From: Paraspadella gotoi
Taxonomy: Eukaryota > Animalia > Chaetognatha
Length of the DNA: 64,000 nt
Assembly: GCA_051294375.1 (NCBI GenBank)
Contig: CM119265.1
Span: 11,347,818-11,411,817 of the forward strand
Direction of reading: 5' to 3'
Translations under genes and position numbers: made by a program
The notes under the pieces: generated by a model
What the model was told of the DNA's origin: nothing
What the model saw: only the letters and a program-made list of their open reading frames with translations
Databases searched by the model: none
Part shown: positions 23,828-37,866 of the stretch, in pieces
Layout of the letters: each line of letters opens with the position of its first letter
Numbering within the stretch: the stretch's first letter is position 1

Positions 23828-24514
23828 TAGGAATAAGCTCTGACGAAAAGTCAGAGGTTTTTTTAATATATTCTTTGACCGGCCAATGTAGAATGATGGC
23901 AATATTGCTATTTTAAGTTTCAAAAAATCCGACCATAAATATAGAAAATAATTAACCAAAATCTTCGGAAAATCCACCCCTTCTTTGGAAGATTTTTCGC
24001 CATATAAGATTTTTTCCGAATCTGACTCCCAGTTGAAAACTCTTAGAATTCCGATTGTTAGCTCCTCTTTTACTTTTACTTTAAATAAAAATTTCAGCAA
24101 AATGAACTAATTCACTTTAACATGATCGTATCATATTAAAATAACCAAATGAAATTTAAAGAAAAATTTGAGAGCCCTTCAGACATATTGCTATCGGATT
24201 CCTGAATTCGAAGTTTATTGTAAAATGACAACATACCTTAAATGCGTTGACATTGTATTGAAGTTGAGAAATCCCTTTATTTTATATATAAAAATTGGGT
24301 CAAAAATATTTTCCCACGACGGACCAGTCCATTTGAATCGAATGGTTCGATGTCAAAATGATGGTTATTTGTCAAAGAGAAAAAAAATGCGAGCCCTTCA
24401 GATGCAACAGGATCGGAATCGAGTGTTTTTCATCTATTTTTTACCCGAATTTTTCCCAGGGGCGTTGACATTATTTGGTAGTCAGATTTTAACGAAAATT
24501 TCCATTGAAAAGTC
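23828..24514. mobile_element. Left ~690 bp of the 7-bp-TSD element; its right end lies at 21281-21317
   Basis: Aligns with 15634-16300. The left flank TGCGAGT reappears directly after ACTCCTA at 21318-21324. Confidence 0.8.
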
Positions 24515-27082
24515 ACTGGCTTCTTTTTCTATAGCGGCTTCCTATTCTAAGTGATAAGATGGAGAAAATTTGAGACTACCATTTTTTTAAATGAAGAAAG
24601 CTTCGTACTAACCAATGAGATCAAGAAATATGGTAATTTTTGGAGTTCAGATTTTGTTGTCTAAAAGACTCCGATTGTAAGCTGAACCTTCAGCGATTTA
24701 CTTTACCCCTGAATTTCGGTCCTTTTTTTTCCCTTTATTTTTTTTTCTTCCCATCATCTCCTCTCTCCTACTAAGTTTTCTTTCATTTTTTATTAACAGC
24801 ATTTTGATTCAGATTCCTATGGATTTCTATAGAGATTTGCTCTTTTGTCTGCACCCACCTATTCTTCACTTGCATCGCTTTACACAAAATAGCACATTTG
24901 CATATTATCAACATAGTTTTCCAGAGGGCACCAAAGTTTTTTTATATTTTAAGCTTTATTTACTAGAGGGCTCCCAAACAAAAGAGCATTCTGTAAGACA
25001 AGATAGCACTTTTGATTAAGTTTTAAAAATTACAACATTTTTTCTAATAGAGAATTCCGTTCAAATCTGACTACCCAAATTGCAAACGCGTTTGCCAGAA
25101 ATTCGGTCGTTAAAAAACACTTGTAAAAACGCACGATTCCGAGAGCGGTTACATCTGAAGAGCTTGTCCTATTCGTTTTAATGGCATTTGATAAAGGATT
25201 TAATATCAAACAAGCCAGGGGAAATGCACTACTCATCTCCGGAGAATTTTCAAACCTCATTTTACTATAGAAATGAAAGGGAATTTACAAACTTAAAATT
25301 GCAAACGGGATTGCTATATGTCCTGTTACATGAGCAACTTCGAATTCGCGATTCTGATAGCTTTGTGTCTGAAGAGCTTGTCCTATTTTTCTTTTTTCAT
25401 TTTATAATGATTTTGACATAAAATGATCAGGTTTAAATGAAATAGTCGGTTTGAATCGGCGAAATTTTATTTAAAAAGAAATTAAAAGGAAGGTTGAGAA
25501 AAAAAACTGATTTTTCCTAATATCTTTTGAAGGAATAAAGATAAAGGGATGGTAATAGTACCAAAATGAAGCCATAATATAGGGCACATACAAGATACAA
25601 TTTTAGAATTACTTATGCTGAAACCTCTTTTAGGGTGAGTGTCAAACTCAGTCAAAATTATAATGAATTTTAAAACTAATGACACCCCATAAGAATAAAT
25701 GAAAATTTAATTCTTTTAATGATTCTTAAAGAAAAAGGCTAAATTGTACTCTAGTAAAACTTTGAAGTTTTTTGGATAAAGAAAATGTGAATTTTTTGTC
25801 ACTTAAATATTTGCTGTCTGATTTTACAAGCATGCTTACAAAATTCTACAAAATATTATTCACCCATCACAGCCTAAGTATTATCTTTCTTTTCCACCAA
25901 CAAAAAGTAAACATTATTTTATGCTAGAGAACAGGGATGTTTACTGAAATGAGCCGGAAGACATTCAACTTCTTCATTTTACTGTCATTTTTCAATAATA
26001 AATAGGCGAATTTTTTAATTATTTAACTCTCACAGGCTTCACAAGACATTATACTTTCATAATATCCCAATGTTAATGTAATTTATTATATTTTTTACCC
26101 AGAAATCATAAAATAACAGAAAGTTTGTGGATTCCCTTCGCCGTTTAAGAAAAAAAATTAACTAGCGAATTATAAGTTTGTAAGAGGAAGTCAGAATCGG
26201 CGAAAATCTTTAAAAGGCGAGAATGTTGAAAAAAAGGGGTGGAATTTTGATGGGTTTCCTAAATTCTCCACAATGTGAGGTCCGATTAAAGGAAACTTGA
26301 GATTTACAATATTCCCGTCATTCCACATCTATCGATATAAAAATATAAGACATTAGCATTTAAATTTCATCGGCTATGGCTATCTACATTTTTAGGTTGA
26401 GTGATCATCCCTGGCCTTAAAGAGCCAAAATTTGAAATTTCACCTTTTATGAGTATTTTTTAGCTTTTTTCAGTAAATTTTTTAATATAATTATCATTAA
26501 TCAAAATAATTACTAATGATACTGCTTTTAATTTATCATTTTTAACTATTTTTAAAACATTCATTCACAAAAATTATTAATTTAGGGCTTAAGCCAGGGG
26601 TATTAAAGAGCTAAAATTTTTAAATTGTTTTCTTTAGTATTTTCAAATGATAATTTACTATTTTTTTAAGGATTACATATTTTAATCATGATAATAAAAA
26701 TATTTATTAATTTTAAATAGTTTTTTAAGTTAATTAACATAGTTAATTAATTTTTTTATAATTAAAAGCATTAAAAACTATTGTGACCAATGAATTAATT
26801 TTAAAGTTGTAGTTTTAGTCTTTATCATAATTTGTTAAACAAAAATAAATCAAATTGGTTGAATTAACAGAAAATATAGCCTATTGATTAAGCCTATTGA
26901 ATAAGCTTTTAACACCTACAAAATTATCAAAAAAACTTTTTTCGTTTAGCCACAAATAATTTTTAAAGACAACTTTTAATTTGTGAATTTTTGTGACTTG
27001 CATTTATTTTTGATAAAGAGAATATTTTTAAGTCATTTATTAATTTTAAAAGATGATGTACATACTGACGTTGATAGAACAA

Positions 27083-27588
27083 AAACAAGTTTGAGCACGA
27101 TCATTATCGGTAATTAATTAATTAATTAATTGATAATTAATTCAAGTTAATTATTTAATTAATTAGGCAATTAATTAATTAATTTGATCCAAAGTGTTTG
27201 TTTTGATTGATTAATTGACTGATTAATTATTTGATTAATTAGTACATCTTGCATTTACATTTAAAATAAAAAGAAAAAGAAGCTTAATCAATTAGTGAAA
27301 CAGGTTCTTTATTTTTTCCATTTCCATTTCCATTCCATCGAAACTTCATATCCAGCTCAAACACACACTTCCCTACTCGCACACAAAATTTCATTCCAAT
27401 CCATCCATCCAATCACTAGTAATTGGTGTTTTTTGCTAAGGACGGACGGACGGATATAGTTTTTTTTGCATAATTTATCATAATTCAATGTTTTGACATG
27501 ATATAAGTGAATGCCCGACAAGATTGAGGGGACGGACCGACAAAGTGAATTATAAAGTCGGGATCTGTTGAAAGCAGATCCAACTAAA
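27083..27588 (-). mobile_element. HINE/DINE-1-like element, internally deleted
   Basis: AAACAAGTTTGAGC end, TTAA-rich block, (GGAC)n tract and GCAGATCCAACTAAA end. Confidence 0.7.
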
Positions 27589-29497
27589 GAACCGCATCCT
27601 CTTAATCCAATAGAAAGCGTCAGGACTAATTGAAATAAAATCCTCCATTACCGTTAATTTCCTTTTTTGTAATGCATATTAAAGATTTTCTTTGATTTGG
27701 CTCAATGTAAACATAGTGAGAGGGAAGGCGAAAGGGAAAACAAGAAAAGAAGGGGAGAGAATCAAAGAGAGGGCGAAAGGCAAAAAAAAAAGACATGTAG
27801 AAAAAATAGTAAAAAAATTGTAAGGTGAGAAAAGATAGAAAAAATGGAAAGAAAAAGAGGGGAAAAGAAAAGTGAGGAAAGTGCATGAGTGGTAGAAAAA
27901 GGTAGGGGCCGAAAAAAGTGACAGCGTGAGAAGTAAGGGTGGAAAAAGGAATAGGAAAATATAAAGAAAGAAAAGAAGAGAGGTGAAGAAAAATAATCAG
28001 GAAAAGTGTATGAAGGAAAAAAAATTGTACCAGATAATGTGGCGTCTTGCTTAAAATCGTTTGTGAAGATTCTTACAAGGAATTCCATCTTTAAAAATTA
28101 TCTGTACCATAAAAATTCAAACATACTTATTTCTAAAATTAAACAGTTAATGAGATTAGATTAACAATCATTGAAGAAATCATGTCTTACCGTATTTTTA
28201 ACTCATAGAAATTTACATGGGAATTTCTAAGTAGACGAGAATCTCGCTTAAAAAAAAATTCTATGATCTTTAAAAGTTTTCAAATTTATTTTTAATAGAA
28301 AACCTCTTTACAAAATGTGAGAAAAATGATTAAGATACAGTAAATTAAGATTTCTACATTAGGGGTAGCCGCACTGCATGGGGTGAGTCAAAAATTTAGA
28401 GCGAGTACATTCTCAAAACGAATATTTAGACATTTTAAGAATACTTTCAATGGACAAAAAATTTCTAATATGGTCTATACGCCTAGTAATTGAATTTTTT
28501 AATATTTATTTATAGATAGGAAAGGCCAAAAAAATTTTTTGGAATTTTTAAATTTTTAAGACCAGATTCAGATAGCTCATATAAAAAGTTGTCTACACAA
28601 AGTATGATTCTTTTTTAAAATATTTTTAGCGATAAGTGTGTCAAAAATAAGAAAAACTATAAAAAAAAATCATCATCATTCATCATCTTTTGATGATTTT
28701 ATCAGTTTTTTTTATATTTTCACTTAGAAAAACGTAAGAATTTGAAAAGCTGTAATTATATTTCTTGTTTAACTTTTTTATGCTCTATCCAGAATCCATC
28801 AAAAATTTTAAGATTTTAAAAAAAATATTTTTTGCTCTATACTAGTCAATATAATATTTTTAAATTAGGCGAGTAAACCGCTCAAGAAGAAAGCATTTTT
28901 TGATAAACAAATATTTTAAAATACCCAAATTCTATGGTCATGAATAGATTATTTTTACGCCTGTGATTAAACTCATAAAAGCATAAAAATCCGTCTGGAA
29001 AATGTGTAGTTTATTTTAGACTTATTCGTGATACAACTCCAAGTATGTACTTGTACCAAAAGAAGAATTAAATATAAGAAGTAGAAATTGAGCTTACTGT
29101 AAAGAATCAGTTTTAAGTTAAAAATTTGCTTGTAAAAATTTAGGTTACAGTTAAAAAATTATTTTTCTCTTCAAAATTTAGTTTTACCGAGAAAAAATTT
29201 TGTTTAAATTTTTATGAACATTTTGGGTNNNNNNNNNNNNNNNNNNNNNNNNNNNNNNNNNNNNNNNNNNNNNNNNNNNNNNNNNNNNNNNNNNNNNNNN
29301 NNNNNNNNNNNNNNNNNNNNNNNNNNNNNNNNNNNNNNNNNNNNNNNNNNNNNNNNNNNNNNNNNNNNNNNNNNNNNNNNNNNNNNNNNNNNNNNNNNNN
29401 NNNNNNNNNNNNNNNNNNNNNNNNNNNNNNNNNNNNNNNNNNNNNNNNNNNNNNNNNNNNNNNNNNNNNNNNNNNNNNNNNNNNNNNNNNNNNNNNN

Positions 29498-32400
29498 GTA
29501 TTTTTTTCTTCAAGAAGAGTCCTGTGCGTTTGAGCTGCAATCTTCGTTTTTAACTTCACTTCGCTCAAGAAGTTAAATTCTGTACTCGTTACTTTGCAAG
29601 ATTCACCACAACATACACAAGCACGGGATGTGATGACGGAGTTTTGTTCACGCGATGTCTTAAAAAAATGGATCTCTCTCTAAACGGTAAGGCGGTTTCT
29701 CATGAAATTTGACATGAATTATCTTTAGGTAACGAACTCCAATTCTATGAAAAGATACTTTGAAAATTTGTCTTCCTTCATAGAAAATTTGATTATTTTA
29801 GTCAATTTTTGGGATTAATTCCTTAATATCTTTTAAACGAAAAACATTTTTCCAAAAACGTGCTCATAGAATCTCCCCCACCTTTCCTTTCTTGCCCAAT
29901 ANNNNNNNNNNNNNNNNNNNNNNNNNAAGCCGAGCTCGGATTTCGAAATGAGAGAACTTCCTGACGATTCCGCAAAATGTATTTACTTTACTTTTTTTCA
30001 ATATGGCGTGCATTCGTTGTTTTCGATTTTTTTTTATTATTATATAAAATAAAAGAACCTATTTGAAGGTTAGCAGCCCAAACGGTAAGGCCGGTTTCTC
30101 ATGAAAATTTGACTATGAATTATCTTCTAGGTAACAACTCCAATTCTATTTTGAAAATTACTTTCGAAAATTTGTCTTCCTTCATAGAAAATTTGATTAT
30201 TTAGTCATTTCTTTGGGATTAATTCCTTTATATTATCTTTTAAACGAAAAACATTTTTTCCAAAAACGTGCTCATAGGAATCTCCCACCTTTCCTTTCTT
30301 GCCCAATAGTATTTTTTTCTTCAAGAAGAGTCCTGTGCGTTTGAGCTGCAATCTTCGTTTTTAACTTCACTTCGCTCAAGAAGTTAAATTCTGTACTCGT
30401 TACTTTGCAAGATTCACCACAACATACACAAGCACGGGATGTGATGACGGAGTTTTGTTCACGCGATGTCTTAAAAAAATGGATCTCTCTCTGTAGCTCT
30501 CTCTCTCTTTTCCCCAGTTGCTGATTCATCGGGGAAAAAAACGAGTCGGCAGCTGCTTCTGCTCTGCTTCGGCTCTGCAGGGGCTTTCTTTCTTTTTCTC
30601 TTTTCTCCTGCTGCTTCTGCTGCTGCCTTTTGATTTTTCTTTTTTTCTGTCCGCCTCTGCTGCTGCCGCTGCTGATTCGTCCGAAAATGATTTGACAATG
30701 AAAATTTGGTTTTTTTTGGGTTTTTTTTTCAGAAACTGTAACTTTAATTTTCCTCGGTTTTTTATTATTTTTTTAATTGACACCCGAAAAATAAATTTTT
30801 TCTTTGTTTATAAATTAATTTTCTTTTTTCAAATTAGATTTCTTTTTTAGTATCAAAATTCGTTATCAATCCAGATTTTTCTGATGCGATTGCGATTGCT
30901 TTTAAGATTTTTTTCCAGATTTTTGTAAATCGCTTCAGGTTCCGCTTACAAACGTTGCATTTAGGTAAAAAACATCGTTCAGTTGTTACTTAAAATGTTG
31001 ATTAACTTTGTACCACAACACAAATTGGGCCGAACTAAGGTTTGGTTAGAAACATCACCCGTTTCTAATGATAAAAGAGTACCATTTTGGCAACTTTTAG
31101 GGAAAAAAATTATGTCCATTTTTACTTACGACTTCTGATTTGAATGCCAAGGAAAGTTGAAAAAAATGTTTTACTTTGGAAATCCGTTCTTCCTTATCTT
31201 CTTTACCCTTGGGTAAATTTATTTGCTTAAATCATTTATAGTTTGCCGACAATGTTTTAAATAAACAACCAGTCTGGGTGTCATTCTGTTCTTTTTTCCA
31301 AGCTCTTTTTAACTAAAAAAGTTTTATATAAAAAAAAAAAAATTTGCCCGAGCCAGGGGTGTTAAGGTCCGGGATCACTTAATTCAAATTATAATTAGGC
31401 TNNNNNNNNNNNNNNNNNNNNNNNNNTTTTTTCTTTTTGGATATAATAAGAGAACCATACTTCCGTCACTTGATGTCGTCAAGTTACTAGTTAATATGCG
31501 TTTTGGGATTCCAAATCTGTTTTTAAAATTGACCTATGGAGACGGCGCATTAGACGCGATATGCCTATTTAAGCAAGTTGTTTGGTTTTGGTTCCACTCT
31601 AAATGTTTTGCTATCTGGCCGAAGTCAAGTTTGGCTTATAAAAAAATTGATTTTCTTTGTATACTTTCCTTGAACAAAAAAGACCCTACGAATATGATGA
31701 TCGATGAGGACTGTGGTATCTATATTAAAGCTCTTGCATAATTATGCTTTGTTATGAGGTTTCATCTATTCCATATAGATTTAAGCATGTTTTACAAAGA
31801 TCTTCGTTGGAAAACATCTGTTATACGTCTTGTAGTCGATGAAAGTATATAACAACTTGAAATTTAAATTAAACACCACTTGGCCATCATTAAGAAAAAA
31901 TAAATTGAGTCTATAATTACTGACAAAGAGAAAAGATCTTGAATCTATGATATTTCTGATTTAAAATAGAAATTTCCTATTACCTCAATGTTATATAAGG
32001 ATAAATAATATTATCATTTCGTTGAAAATAGCGAAAATCCAAATTTAAAAATTTCATCGTAAGGAAATCCGTTAAGGAAAACATCATGATCTATAAATAT
32101 GTACTCACATTTATGGAGTTTTAAACTTTGTTCCCCCATGCACTTTAAACAACATGACTGAACATCAGGGCTAAAAAGACAGACTGTATTATTCAGATTT
32201 TTACAAACTTTCTTAAAGATTAATAGTCGTGTGGTTTCCTAGAGCGAGGGCTGGCTCCAGCGAAAAAAATTATTTTCACAATTTTTTTTTGTATCTGTTA
32301 TGTCCATAATGCATATTCATAGACAATGAATTTTAATCATCATAAGTCGCAGTATCCATCTAGCGGCCAAAGTATACTGACACGATTCGTCATCGTACCA

Positions 32401-34733
32401 TGACAGCACTAGTGGAAAATACAAAATCTTTTTGCACTTAATAAGATATAACATAAAATTAACCAGAGCTACTCTACTATCATCGTATCAATGAATGGTT
32501 TATCCTTGCAATTCATATATTAGGCTTAGTGCGATTCGGATTCCGTTATTTCTTATATCCATTTCGCATGCTATTAGTCTCTGACTCGTTCACAGCAATC
32601 ATATATAATCTGTGTCTTATCATTACGCTCATCATATAACAATACATTATTACTATCTAATGAACAATCATATTACTTACTTATCCAAATCTTAATCAAT
32701 CGTCTATTTATTCAATCTATCAATTTACATTATATATAATCCATCTTCTCATCAATCCAATCAATCTTATTACATCAATCATCAATCATATTACATCAAT
32801 CAATCAATTATATTACATCAATCGCCATCAATCATAACTCTTTTGCGCATAAGCTGGCGTAGTCGTTCCGTGCTGGTGCGGCGGGCGTTACGCAACTTAT
32901 CTATCGTGCTTTTGATGATTTAAATTTTGCGTGTGATAACCTGGAAGAATTTATTATACAGTCTTCTGCTCAATCGAGGTGCTCTGAAATGGGCGAGGAC
33001 AGTTTGTTTTAAATGTTTGTTTCGTTTTTTGATCAACACAAAGCAAATTTCGTTATTATTTTTGTTCTCCTTCTTCTCTCTCTCTCTTCTCTTTTTGAAA
33101 ATAAGTAGCCTCTCTCAATCTCTCTCGTTTTATTTTTCCCTCGAGGTATTGCTGATGTGAGTATCGGGAAAAAAACGGTCGGAGCAGCTGGCTGTTTGGC
33201 TCTGCTTCGGTCATCTGCAGGGGTTTCTTTCTATTTTTCTCTTTTCTCTACCCTGCTGCTTCTGCATGCTGCTTTTGAATTTTTCTTCTTTCTTTGTCGC
33301 TTGGCCTCTGACTGCTGCGGGCCGCTGCTTGATTTCGTCCCGAAATGATTTGACAATGAAAAGATTTGTGTTTTTTTTGGGTTTTTTTCTTTCAGATAAA
33401 CATGTAACTTTTAAATTTTCCTCGGGTTGTTTTATTATTTTGTTTAATTGACACCACGAAAAATAATTTTTTCTTGTGTTTATGAAAGTTATCTCTTGTC
33501 TTTTCAAAGTTAGCATTCTCTGTTTTTAGTTATTAAAAATTCCGTTTATCAATCCGATTTTTCTGTATCGCATTGCCGATTGCTTTATAGTAATTTTTTT
33601 TTATGGTCGCCATAGAATTTTGTAAATGCTCTCAAGGTTCCGCTTACAAACGTGCATTATGGTAAACATCGTTCAGATTGTTACCTTAAAATGTTCAGTA
33701 TATACTGTTTGTACCACAAACAACATTGGGCCTGAACTAAGGTTTCGTTTAGAACAGCAGTCACCCGTTTCTAATGATAAAAGAGGTACCATTTTGGGCA
33801 CTTTTTAGGGAAAGAAAATTATGTCTCATTTTTACTATACGACTTCTGATTTGAAGTGCCAAGGATAAGTTGAAAAAAATGTTTTACTGTTGGGAAATCC
33901 GTTTCTTCCTTAATCTTCTTTGACTGCCTTGGGTAAATTTATGTTGCTTAATATACATTTAATAGGGTGTTTGCCCCCGCGACAATGTTTGTAAATAAAA
34001 CAACCAGGCTCCTTGTGGTGTCATTCTGTCTTTTTTTCCAAGCTCTTTTTAAACTAAAAAATGTTTTATTAAAAAAAACAAAAATTTGCGCCGAGCCAGG
34101 GGTGTTAAGGTCCGGGATCATTTTAATTCAAATTATAGATTAGTGTCTATAAGCAGGAGCTCGGATTAGTCGAAATAGGGAAACTCCTGACGGGTGGATT
34201 CCGCGAAAATGTAGTTTACATTTACTTTTTTTTTTTCAATAGGCTGCATCGGTTTTTTCGATTTTTTTTATTATTATATAAAATAAAAGAAACCTATTTG
34301 AAGAGTTGCGAGCCCAAACGGGTAAGGCCGGTTCTCATGAAAATTTGGACATGATGTATCTTCTAGGTAACAACTCCAATCTATTGAAAAATTACTTTCG
34401 AAAAATTTGTCTTCCTTCATAGAAAATTGATTTATTTAGTCATAATGTCTTTTGGGATTAATTCCTTTATATATCTATTTAACGAAAAAAATTTTTTCCA
34501 GAAAACGTGCTCATAGGAATCTCCCCACCTTTCCTTTCTTGCCCAATATATTTTAGTGTCTTCAAGAAAAGTCCTGCTGTTTGAGCTGCAACTGCTTCGT
34601 TTTTAACTTCACTTCGCTCAAGAAGTTAAATTCTGTACTCGTTACTTTGCAAGATTGCACCACACATCACAAGCACGGGATGTGATGACGGAGTTTTGTT
34701 CACGCGATGTCTTAAAAAAATGGATCTCTCTCT
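29498..34733. other. Gap-flanked redundant copies of one repeat (family C) in low-accuracy sequence
   Basis: 29498-29901, 29927-31401 and ~33100-34733 overlap in content, differ mainly by indels and lie around two 25-N gaps. Related pieces occur at ~10850-11000 and ~16420-16790. Confidence 0.75.
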
Positions 34734-36310
34734 ATTGTATGTTATTGGTGTATCAGTTAGCTATTATTTGAAAAAAAATTTATTTAAATTATCATAAGAC
34801 TGAAAATACAATATTATAAAAAAATATATTGCTACTGTATGCAAATGAGTTTTAAGAAAGCTGTATTTGGTTTTACCACTGGTTTAGGCAACCCCTCCCG
34901 GTTATATCACCATAATATAAGAGTATTTACTACCATATTTTTTTATAGTATGCAAATTAATTTTTTGACCCAAAAAATGCCCATTCACTATTTTTTTTTT
35001 AAAGTGGCTCAAACTCTTATGGGGAATAAACCACCCTCAGGTCTAACCCGTATTCGATTTTCAGCTGATTTAAAGCATTTACAAAAAAGTTACAGCCTCC
35101 CTGGACTTTTCCAGGTTCTTCAAAACCGATACTGTATATGGTCTTTTCATACAATTGAAACATTCTTTGAAATATTATACCACTTCATTGATAGGGAAGC
35201 CAGGTTCACTGGGAGTGAATAAATAAGACTGTGAGAGAGTCTTGATTGAAAGCTTGCAGAAACCTGCTATGTTATTATCTTGTAAGTGTGATGGAGGCCT
35301 TAAACCACCAAAGCCTGTCCAAAGCCAGGGACAAGATAGCTTATTTATTTATTAAATGAATGGATAATTTTTATATTGGTTGTACCAATTTCATAGTTAA
35401 TAGATATCCGGCGCCGTTTGTTTTTATCTCGCCTCTTCTTCTTTGTGACTGTCGTCGTGGCGTCGTCGTCACGCTTCATTACCATCGCAAATTGCAAAAG
35501 TGTGTAAAAGGCTCTCCAGTGTCCAGCTTCTCTCTATTTCTCTCTCTTTCTCTCTCTCTTTTAATTATATGTTGCTTTCTCTCTTTTTTTCGGTTGCTGC
35601 TTTTTCTGATTCGTCTAAAAACGAGTTCAGCTCTGCAGCGGCTATCCAGCGTCTGTCCAGCTTCTCTTTTTTTTTCTCTCTTTCTCTCTCACACTCGCAT
35701 GTTTTATTTACGATGAATGAATGACTATCATTGATAGGGACGTCTGGCGTCCGAGATAAAAATTAGTGAATAAAAAAGTTGTTATTTTACTCACTGAATA
35801 AAAATACTTAAAATACTTACAAAATACATAAAATTGATAAAATTATTATTGCGAAAACATTGTTTAATCAAATGCATTTTTTTTTAGTGCCTTTTTTTTT
35901 ATTGAAATCGATAGATATTAACTAAATATATTAGAATTAAGGGAGGCTGTAACTTTTTTGTAAATGCTGGAAATCAGCTGAAATCGAATACGGGTTAGAC
36001 CTGAGGGAGGTTTATTCCCCATAAGAGTTTGAGCCACTTTAAAAAAAAATAGTGAATGGGCATTTTTTGGACAAAAAATTAATTTGCATACTGTAAAAAA
36101 AGTATGGTAGTAAATACTCTTATATTATGGTGATATAACCGGGAGGGGTTGCCTAAACCAGGGTAAAACAAAATGATCAAATACAGCTTTGTTAAAACTC
36201 ATTGCATACAGTAGCAATATATTTTATATAATATTGTATTTCAGTTTTATGATAATTTTAAAAAAATTTATTTCAAATAATAGCTAACTGATACACCAAT
36301 AACATACAAT
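34734..36310. mobile_element. Fold-back element with ~370-bp inverted arms
   Basis: 34734-35101 is the near-perfect reverse complement of 35940-36310. Confidence 0.85.
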
Positions 36311-37866
36311 GAATAAAATAGAATATTTGTTATTCTTTAATCCAAAATTAATTTTCAACAAAATATCAAAATATGCATTTTTTTGAACAAATGTTTTTTT
36401 AAAATAGTAATTATGCAACCAACTGTCCTCGGTGCACTGATTACAAATAATAATTTTTTTTTAAATAACGACTACTATATTATAAAATATAACCCTTCAA
36501 AACCTTAAAAAATACAGAAAAACACCCTTTAATTCAACTTTAATAAAAACCGTTCCAATGATATTTCATCTCTCATACTTTAAACATATCAAGGAGAACC
36601 ATCAGGTTTATTGTGTGAAAGTTATAGATAATTTTCGATAAGGAATGACTGCACAGGAAGGCGAAAATAGATGGATGAACACATATCAGCTTGTAATTGA
36701 ATAATGTACTCTTGCTTAATAAGGCGGTTGGTTGGCATAATTATTATTTTTAAAAAACATTGTTCAAAAAATACATATTTTGATATTTTGTTGAAAATTA
36801 ATTTTGGATTAAAGAATAACAAATATTCTATTTTATTTAATTTTCTTTTCTCAAATTTGATTTTTTTTTATTATCAAAATTTGTCGTCAATCAAAATTTT
36901 TGTTATGCAATTGCGACGATCCTTATGCTTTTAAGATTTTTTATTTCGAGGTAATATTGATAAAAATATTTAATATTTTTAAAAATTCACATATAAATAT
37001 AATTTATAAAAGGTAAATAATCATTCATATATGTATAATTAACTATATAATAAATGATTTTAGTCTAAAATCGTTTTATTCCTAAAAACAACAGTTATTT
37101 TTTTAACCGAAAGTGATACGCCACATAAAATGGCGTGGAAAGTCCTTAAATCTTTACCTGAGAAATTTTTTATTGTCATATTCTTTTTTTTCACTAAATT
37201 TGGAATAAGAAACTTTTACAAGAACCAACAACTTTTCTAAAGTAAGATATTTTTGGGAGCCCTTCAATGTAATTATGATTTGATATAATAATTATCTTTC
37301 TACCCAAAAGAAATTTCGACAGCTTTCACCTCAAATGTACATCAGGAACGAGTGAATCATGCAAATTCTTTTTGGTCTGGATACAATTTTGTTTTAACAC
37401 GTAGTATCCTACTTTTTCTCCCGACGATTTTTCCTTTTTTCGATTTAATGATTTATCATCCTACTTTTTCGCAATATATTTAAATTTTTTGTATCAAGTT
37501 TTTATCGATACAGATTATACGTTATAGTATTTATACATTATGCATTTTCTTACCATTATCGCGGAATTTTTAAAAGCGATTTCCGTTTAATAAAGAGAAT
37601 AAATGATACATACTACATAGTGATATGTAGCGTTAAATCTAGTAGGGAAATTTCTGGATTTTAGAGTTTCTGTAATTTCGTTTTCTTACATGGTTGCCAT
37701 CGTTTTATAGGAAAAGTTTTGTTTTTATCATGTTACTACAGACCGTTAATTTTTAACATTTTAATATTATTATTTTTAATATTTTTATGAATTTTTAGTC
37801 TTGTTCATGATTTTTTAGTAATTTAAAAATGGCCCACCACTCTAAACTAAAACTCTTTCCGTTTTA

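Noticed and set aside
22367-24100. 577-aa ORF on the minus strand
   Set aside because: It is a translation of the 19-bp satellite, which happens to lack stops on that strand.
29498-34733. Biological tandem triplication
   Set aside because: Copies lie around 25-N gaps and differ mainly by indels, as expected from redundant gap-filling with noisy reads.
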